Source of the DNA: Candidatus Ozemobacteraceae bacterium | GTDB taxonomy: Bacteria; Muiribacteriota; Ozemobacteria; Ozemobacterales; Ozemobacteraceae | DNA: 64,000 bases | Direction of reading: 5' to 3' | Assembly (NCBI GenBank): GCA_965140445.1 | Contig: OZ223236.1 | Coordinates: 2,240,001-2,304,000 of the forward strand | Part shown: positions 56,366 to 64,000 of the stretch, piece by piece | Numbering within the stretch: position 1 is the first letter of the stretch | Layout: the number at the start of each line of letters is the position of its first letter | Notes under the pieces: model-generated | What the model was told of the DNA's origin: nothing | Database searches by the model: none | Seen by the model: only the letters and a program-made list of their open reading frames with translations | Position numbers and translations under genes: made by a program

Positions 56366-59300
56366 ATGAGTAGATTAACCGTAGCACAATTTAACGAGAT
56401 TCTAGCTGAAGGCGTCCTGGTCTACGACGGAGCGATGGGGACAAATCTCCAGGTTCAGGGGCTCAGTTTAGAAGATTTTGGTGGGTGCGAAGGATGTAGT
56501 GAAGCTCTGAATTTATTTGCTCCACATGCAGTAAAGAAGGTTCATCTCGGATTTCTTGAGGTTGGATGTCGTGTTATTGAAACCAATACATTTGGTGGAA
56601 CCAGGATTACCTTAAAGGAATATGACCTGCAGGATCGAGTTGAAGAAATAAATAAGAAGGCTGTTGAAATTGCTAAAGAAGCAATTGTTGAGGCTGGCAA
56701 AGATTACCAATGCTTTATAGCCGCTTCTGTAGGTCCAACTTCGGCACTACCAACCCTCGGAAATATAAGCTTTGATGATATGGCGGAAGCCTATCTCGAA
56801 CAATTCAGAGTTTTGTGGGATGCTGGCGTAGATATTTTTCAAATTGAAACCTGTCAGGATCTTCTTCAGGTCAAATCAGCATTGTTTGCATTAGAGAGCC
56901 TTTTTATTGAAAAAGAGGATCGCTGCCCGGTGGTTGTTTCTGTTACTCTTGAAGCAACAGGCACAATGCTTATGGGTAGCGACATTAGTGCTGTCACCAC
57001 AACACTTGAGCCATACAGTTTTATTGATGCGCTAAGTATAAATTGTGCAACTGGCCCTCTTGAAATGGTAAGGCATGTTTCCTATTTAACAGAAAAATGG
57101 CCAAGAGCGGTTGGAGTTATGCCAAATGCTGGATTGCCAATAAATGTTGATGGCAATGCTGTTTACAAAATGACCCCAGAAGAATTTTCAGGTTTTCAGA
57201 AAGAATTTGTCAGCAAATATGGTGTGAATATTGTTGGTGGGTGTTGTGGAACCAGACCAGATCACTTATTAGCTGTGGTTGAAGCTGTAAAAGGTATTAA
57301 ACCGGCAGAAAGAAAAGTGGATTATCAACCCTCTGTTTCCAGCTTGTTTTCGGCGGCTACACTGAAACAAGAACCTGCGCCAGCCCTCGTCGGAGAGAGA
57401 ACTAACGCCAATGGAGCAAAAAAGTTTCGTGACTATCTTCTTGAAAACGAGTGGGATGGAATTGTGGCAATGGGGCGTGAGCAGGCTAAAGGTGGCGCTC
57501 ACCTGTTGGATCTTTGCACTGCATACGTCGGAAGAGATGAGGTTGAGGACTTTAAAGAACTGATTCCAAGATTTGCCAAAAATGTAAAGCTGCCTTTGAT
57601 GATAGATTCTACAAGTGCTGATTCAATTGAAGTCGCTTTGAAACTTCATGGTGGAAGATGCGTTATTAATTCAGTGAATCTTGAAGATGGCGGTACAAAG
57701 TTACATCGGGTAGCCAAGCTTGCAAAACGATTTGGAGCCGCTTTGATCTGTTTAACCATTGACGAAGAAGGAATGGCGAAGACGGCTGAGCAAAAAGTTG
57801 CCATTGCAAAACGAATTAGATCTATTCTTCACGACGAATATGGTTTTAGAGATTCTGATCTAATTTTTGATCTGCTAACTTTTACAGTCGGCAGTGGTGA
57901 TGCGGATTTAAGAAACTCTGCTGTTGAAACCCTTAACGCAATTGAAATTTTGATGAAGGAGTTTCCAGAAACGAATACAATTCTGGGAGTTAGTAATGTT
58001 TCATTTGGTTTGAATCCGGCTGCAAGAGAAATTCTTAACAGTTTGTTTTTATCCATGGCAGTTAAAAAAGGTTTAACCTCTGCTATTGTTAATCCTGCAA
58101 AAATTCTTCCAGTATTTAGAATTCCGGAAAAAGAGCGAAAGCTCGCAGAGGATCTGCTTTTAAACGTTAGAAATGACGGTTCAGAGCTTTCTGCATATCT
58201 GGATGCATTTCAGGGGGCGGTAAAAAGGCATACGACGGTTGATCTTGAGTCCTTACCTCCAGAAAGTAGATTGCTTGAAAAGGTTGTTGACGGAGATGGA
58301 ACCGATCTCGAAAAGTTGGTTACAGAACTAAGAGAAAAGCTTGCTCCAGAAGAAATAATTAACAAAATTCTTTTGGTTGCTATGAAAAAGGTTGGCGAGT
58401 TATTTGGCTCGGGACAACTGCAGCTTCCTTTTGTTCTACAGTCTGCAGAGGTAGTAAAGCGAACCGTAAAAATGCTTGAACCTTTTATGGAAAAGAAAGA
58501 AGCAGACCCAGATCGAAAGGTCATTCTCGCAACTGTTGCTGGAGATGTTCATGATATTGGAAAGAATCTGGTAAATATAATGCTTTCCAATAATGGTTAC
58601 ACTGTTTTTGATCTTGGCATCAAGGTAGATATAGATACTATGATCAAGGCTGCTCAGGAACAAGGAGCAAACGTAATTGGCATGAGTGGTCTTTTGGTTC
58701 GTTCTACTCAGGTTATGAAGGAAAATCTTGAAGAGCTCAATCGAAGAGAATTTCTTCCCAATATCATTCTTGGCGGAGCTGCTTTAACTGCTGATTTTGT
58801 AAATAAGGACCTCAAGAAAATCTACAACGGTGAAGTTTTTTATGCAAAAGACGCAGTTGATGGTTTGCACATATTAGAGAAACTTATTAGTGGCGAACCG
58901 GTTGAAGTTGCTGAAGCACCAATGTCAGAGGCCGAGGCCGAGGTAGCGGAATCAATCGCTTCTACAAAGGTTGAAGAAATTCAGGAAGCCGATAATAAAG
59001 TTTCTGGAGAAGCTATTGGTGCCGCAAATCGTCACCAGTTTGTTAATAAAGATGAAATTATTAAAGCCCCATTTTTCAGCAACCATTTCCTGGAAATAGA
59101 CGCTGGAAGCTTGTTGCATCTAATGTCCCACAAAATCCTTTTTGAAGCTAGATGGGGATACAAAAAAGCCGGTATGTCTGCAGAAGAGTATGAACAAGTT
59201 CTGGAGAAAGAGGCAAGACCTTCTCTAAATAGATTGATTGATCTAATAAAAAAAGAGGATCTATTCCAGGGAAAAGGTGTTTATGGTTACTATAGATGCC

Positions 59301-59809
59301 GGGGCAAAGGCGATAAACTTAAAATTTACGACGATGCAGGGCTGACTATTGGAGAATTCAGTTTTCCAAGACAGAGGAGAGAACCACATCTTTGCATGCC
59401 AGACTACTTCAGTGATGAGGTTGATGATGTAATTGCCCTTTGGGCAGTAACAATTGGTTCCAAAGCCATTGAAGTGGGTAAAAAGTTGTATGAGGAAGAT
59501 CACTTCAAAGATTATCATCTGTTACATGGTTTGGGAGCGGAGTTGGCAGATTGTGGAGCAGTGCAGATACATCGACACATTCATAAAGAACTGTTTCCAG
59601 CTACACCAATAGAAAAAGACCCCGCTGGAGTCAGATACTCATTTGGATATCCATCATGTCCTGATTTGAAAGCGCAGAAAGAGTTATTAAGAATTCTGGA
59701 AGCACAGAAAATAGGAATAACCTTGACTGAGGGATACCAGATGGTTCCTGAGTTGTCTGTTTCAGGATTTATTGTTTTTAACAAGCACGCGAAATATTTC
59801 GTTCCTTAA
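56366..59809 (+). CDS. metH: Cobalamin-dependent methionine synthase
   Basis: Hcy domain (NCATGP, GGCCGT), pterin domain (GERTNANG), B12 motif DVHDIGKN/SGLL, activation domain RYSFGYP.CP. Confidence 0.96.
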   Translation: MSRLTVAQFNEILAEGVLVYDGAMGTNLQVQGLSLEDFGGCEGCSEALNLFAPHAVKKVHLGFLEVGCRVIETNTFGGTRITLKEYDLQDRVEEINKKAVEIAKEAIVEAGKDYQCFIAASVGPTSALPTLGNISFDDMAEAYLEQFRVLWDAGVDIFQIETCQDLLQVKSALFALESLFIEKEDRCPVVVSVTLEATGTMLMGSDISAVTTTLEPYSFIDALSINCATGPLEMVRHVSYLTEKWPRAVGVMPNAGLPINVDGNAVYKMTPEEFSGFQKEFVSKYGVNIVGGCCGTRPDHLLAVVEAVKGIKPAERKVDYQPSVSSLFSAATLKQEPAPALVGERTNANGAKKFRDYLLENEWDGIVAMGREQAKGGAHLLDLCTAYVGRDEVEDFKELIPRFAKNVKLPLMIDSTSADSIEVALKLHGGRCVINSVNLEDGGTKLHRVAKLAKRFGAALICLTIDEEGMAKTAEQKVAIAKRIRSILHDEYGFRDSDLIFDLLTFTVGSGDADLRNSAVETLNAIEILMKEFPETNTILGVSNVSFGLNPAAREILNSLFLSMAVKKGLTSAIVNPAKILPVFRIPEKERKLAEDLLLNVRNDGSELSAYLDAFQGAVKRHTTVDLESLPPESRLLEKVVDGDGTDLEKLVTELREKLAPEEIINKILLVAMKKVGELFGSGQLQLPFVLQSAEVVKRTVKMLEPFMEKKEADPDRKVILATVAGDVHDIGKNLVNIMLSNNGYTVFDLGIKVDIDTMIKAAQEQGANVIGMSGLLVRSTQVMKENLEELNRREFLPNIILGGAALTADFVNKDLKKIYNGEVFYAKDAVDGLHILEKLISGEPVEVAEAPMSEAEAEVAESIASTKVEEIQEADNKVSGEAIGAANRHQFVNKDEIIKAPFFSNHFLEIDAGSLLHLMSHKILFEARWGYKKAGMSAEEYEQVLEKEARPSLNRLIDLIKKEDLFQGKGVYGYYRCRGKGDKLKIYDDAGLTIGEFSFPRQRREPHLCMPDYFSDEVDDVIALWAVTIGSKAIEVGKKLYEEDHFKDYHLLHGLGAELADCGAVQIHRHIHKELFPATPIEKDPAGVRYSFGYPSCPDLKAQKELLRILEAQKIGITLTEGYQMVPELSVSGFIVFNKHAKYFVP

Positions 59810-59816
59810 ATAGAAT

Positions 59817-59857
59817 AAAAAAAAGGCTGCCACATTTAATTGTGGCAGCCTTTTTTT
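59817..59857. terminator. Bidirectional intrinsic terminator
   Basis: A-run, GGCTGCCACA...TGTGGCAGCC, T-run, between convergent genes. Confidence 0.9.
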
Positions 59858-59864
59858 ATATAGC

Positions 59865-60890
59865 TTAGTGATTAACGACGGCGAGTTCTGTGGCGGCAGA
59901 TGCCGGAAGCCTCATGTGAAAAAGGAGTTCCTCCGGTCTGTCAGGGTAAACAGCTCTAAAAACTAATCTTCCTGTACTTGTAACTGTCATTAAAAGTGCG
60001 CCACCTTTACTATTCCCATACGCAGGTGTCATGCCCACATCACACGAAATCAAGCGATTATCCTTAACCGCAATTTTACCTTTTTCACTCAAAGCGCCGA
60101 TGGTGTGCCCGAAAGCTATTCCGTGTATGCCTAAAACTTTTAGATTATTGCTGACCAGGTCATCATTTTTCCACCATTCTCTGTTCCACAATGGACCATC
60201 ATGATTCATGAACAGGCCAATTTTCCAGTCATCCTTCTCGATATCATCATGAAAATCAGCAGCAAGAGATGATCTGGTAGTAGGATTTGTTGGTAATCCA
60301 GCGTGGCAAAACATGAATCCGTTTACAATAGCAAACAAGGGGCGATTTCTAATCCATTCACCATATCTGCCTGATTTAGAAATAGCTTGATGAAAATCGT
60401 ATCCGCCATTAGTGAATGAATCAATGGTGTTTTGATAATGTTTCTTTTTATGAGAAGTAAGATTTTTTGCCCAATCTTCAACTTGTCCATTTAAAAGAAG
60501 TGCTTCATGATTTCCCAATAAAGGAATCATAATGCTATTATGGGCAGGTGCCTGCTTTTCAAGGCTCATGACCAATTCATAAACTTCTCTTGTATGAATT
60601 CCTCGATCACAATAGTCCCCTAACGTGATTAATGTAACGCCATCTGCGATCCATTTCATTTCGAAATCCTTTTCAGGAACTCTTTGCGCAATATTTAATG
60701 TCTCAAGAGTATTTGCAAATTCTTCAAAAGCACCATGAATGTCCCCAATTGCGATAACCTTTTTTGCTCCGGATATTTCTACCCAGGCAGGAAATTTTTG
60801 CCAATCCCTTGCATTTACGGCTGCTGAAAATAGCAGCATCAAAATCAAAAAACCAAAAATAGACTTATAAGATTTCATTTTATTCTCCAC
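59865..60890 (-). CDS. Secreted calcineurin-like metallophosphoesterase (Shewanella-like phosphatase type)
   Basis: Signal peptide; GDIHG, GDYCDRG, LGNHE, HAG, GHT, DVGM. Start may be the second Met (60878). Confidence 0.88.
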   Translation of the reverse strand: MENKMKSYKSIFGFLILMLLFSAAVNARDWQKFPAWVEISGAKKVIAIGDIHGAFEEFANTLETLNIAQRVPEKDFEMKWIADGVTLITLGDYCDRGIHTREVYELVMSLEKQAPAHNSIMIPLLGNHEALLLNGQVEDWAKNLTSHKKKHYQNTIDSFTNGGYDFHQAISKSGRYGEWIRNRPLFAIVNGFMFCHAGLPTNPTTRSSLAADFHDDIEKDDWKIGLFMNHDGPLWNREWWKNDDLVSNNLKVLGIHGIAFGHTIGALSEKGKIAVKDNRLISCDVGMTPAYGNSKGGALLMTVTSTGRLVFRAVYPDRPEELLFHMRLPASAATELAVVNH

Positions 60891-60901
60891 TGATTTTTAT
60901 T

Positions 60902-61663
60902 CTACCAACTATCTACAGTTGTAGTTTTTGTTCCTTTTGGGTAAAAGAAAATTACCTTGGAGGGAATATCTACTCCCCAATCTCTACCAGTTTTATTGGC
61001 AACAAGATCCAATAATTCATCCAGAGTTATATCTTCTTCGTCTACGCTTATTTTTGCAGCGCCATCTTTATCTAATCCTCGAATTTCAAACTGGTCAACC
61101 GACTCGTCTCCGTACACCTTTACAGAATGGCTTAAAAGTGTTTTCACATCATAATCATCGCATTGCCATGTTTTCATAACCATAAAAATCGCAGAACTGG
61201 TATCCTTTGGAAAAATAGGTAGATCTCCAGAAGAGTTGCCACTTGCAATCTCTGGTTGTAAGGCAGATGTGTCGTTGCCGGATACTAGTAAATCTTGTCC
61301 AGAGTTTCCAATTGGTTCAATCGTTATTTCGTCTGGGATTTTTAAATCGTCAGGTGATTTAGGTTCCGGTTTGGGAGTTGTTTCTGGTTTTTTTATACTA
61401 ATTATTGTGGATGTAGGGGCAACCGGGTCTTTTTTTGTAGAAACTGGATTTGGTCTAACTTTTGTTGGCAATGGAATTAAGGTTTTACTATTGGTGGGTT
61501 TTGCTGGTTGATTCTTGGTTCCAGATTGAGAATTTGTCGTTTTATTTGCCTTTCCTGGCATGGGCAGAATTAATCCCATGTCCTGACCAGTTAGAACACT
61601 ATTTGAGCAAATCAAAAGAAGCGTTGCGGCTGAGCATAGCACCCAATTCTTTTGTATTTTCAT
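60902..61663 (-). CDS. Exported protein with Pro/Lys/Thr linker and C-terminal STN/secretin-N-like domain
   Basis: Signal peptide; low-complexity linker; KISVDEEDITLDELLDLVANKTG.DW.V pattern resembles secretin N-domains. Confidence 0.55.
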   Translation of the reverse strand: MKIQKNWVLCSAATLLLICSNSVLTGQDMGLILPMPGKANKTTNSQSGTKNQPAKPTNSKTLIPLPTKVRPNPVSTKKDPVAPTSTIISIKKPETTPKPEPKSPDDLKIPDEITIEPIGNSGQDLLVSGNDTSALQPEIASGNSSGDLPIFPKDTSSAIFMVMKTWQCDDYDVKTLLSHSVKVYGDESVDQFEIRGLDKDGAAKISVDEEDITLDELLDLVANKTGRDWGVDIPSKVIFFYPKGTKTTTVDSW

Positions 61664-61839
61664 TTGTTACCTCGAGTTAAATGTATTTAAACAAGTATAA
61701 ATTAATTTATACAAAAAAGTAACCTCAGTATTGGTGGCGGATAAATACTCTTTATAAAGCATTCAAAATAGATTTAAAAAGAATTAAATCAGCTTCAAAT
61801 CAAAATACAAAAAAAGTGAAAAAAAAATTGAACAAATTA

Positions 61840-61868
61840 TTGACATTGTGTACGACATTTGCTAAGAT
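61840..61868 (+). promoter_or_regulatory. rrn promoter P1
   Basis: TTGACA-N17-TAAGAT with upstream A-tracts. Confidence 0.8.
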
Positions 61869-61965
61869 ATCAAAACCATCGAGATTGGTTAACGGCGGGC
61901 AACTCCCACGAAAACCAACAGGCAGAAAAAGATAAAAACTTTTGAAAAAAAGTTTAAAAAAATAG

Positions 61966-61994
61966 TTGACACTGAAAACTGTTTTTGATAAACT
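61966..61994 (+). promoter_or_regulatory. rrn promoter P2
   Basis: TTGACA-N17-TAAACT with UP-element-like A-tracts. Confidence 0.85.
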
Positions 61995-62037
61995 GAATTT
62001 CCTGCCACGGCGGGTCGGCCCAAAACCGGGTCGAATA

Positions 62038-62050
62038 AGTTCTTTGAGAA
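62038..62050 (+). promoter_or_regulatory. boxA antitermination element
   Basis: AGTTCTTTGAGAA after a GC-rich hairpin in the rrn leader. Confidence 0.65.
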
Positions 62051-62228
62051 TCAGATCGAAAGACTAATAAAACTATAACGCCAAGCGGTTTTTGTTTAAC
62101 GACAAAAACCTATTTGATTCGATGTTACAACATCGATTTTGAGTTAAGTTGAATCTTGAAACAGATCAGCAATAACTCCATAATAATGTAGATGGCGGGT
62201 TCCGAAAGGAACTTGTTGTTTAATAATT

Positions 62229-63788
<1,560 letters not shown>

Positions 63789-63896
63789 CTAGGGAGACAT
63801 GTTGCTGGAATAAGACCTGCTTCGGCGGGCATCGCAGGAACGTATCTTCGTCGAGTTTGGCGATGTTAAACTTAGTCTTTCGGTCTCTTCTATAAA

Positions 63897-63970
63897 GGGC
63901 CATTAGCTCAGACGGTTAGAGCGCTGTGCTGATAACGCAGAGGTCCGTGGTTCGATTCCACGATGGCCCA
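63897..63970 (+). tRNA. tRNA-Ile (GAT), CCA not encoded
   Basis: GGGCCAT/ATGGCCC acceptor stem, CTGATAA anticodon loop, GGTTCGATTCC T-arm. Confidence 0.95.
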
Positions 63971-63986
63971 ATTGATGAAAAAAAGA

Positions 63987-64000
63987 GGGGCATTAGCTCA
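63987..64000 (+). tRNA. 5' fragment of probable tRNA-Ala (truncated by window)
   Basis: GGGGCATTAGCTCA following tRNA-Ile in the ITS. Confidence 0.7.

Overview
Bacterial chromosomal window from an AT-rich, probably anaerobic diderm. The 16S gene does not look like a common cultured lineage to me; Riflebacteria is only a tentative guess. From left to right: treY-treZ-treS/maltokinase trehalose-glycogen operon (minus strand, truncated at the left edge); an intergenic region with a 27-bp perfect palindrome; a three-subunit xanthine-dehydrogenase-family molybdoenzyme plus a DUF2877 gene; two tandem paralogous 7-gene cassettes (each with two Skp/OmpH-like proteins, a ~1370-aa secreted protein, three type IV minor-pilin-like proteins and one putative lipoprotein); two genes with sigma28-like promoters and CsrA-type leaders; an NqrA-less nqr(B)CDEF-like operon with a degenerate B subunit, ending in an octaheme HAO-family cytochrome c; hcpR with ferredoxin-cupin-hcp; tandem oligoendopeptidase F genes; pdxR/pdxST; an M50-like protein lacking catalytic motifs; yitJ-metH; and the start of an rRNA operon (16S, tRNA-Ile, partial tRNA-Ala). 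The best candidates for undescribed systems are (1) the duplicated Skp-like/giant-protein/minor-pilin cassette and (2) the Nqr-like/octaheme electron-export module next to hcp. All calls rest on motif recognition by eye; no searches were run.
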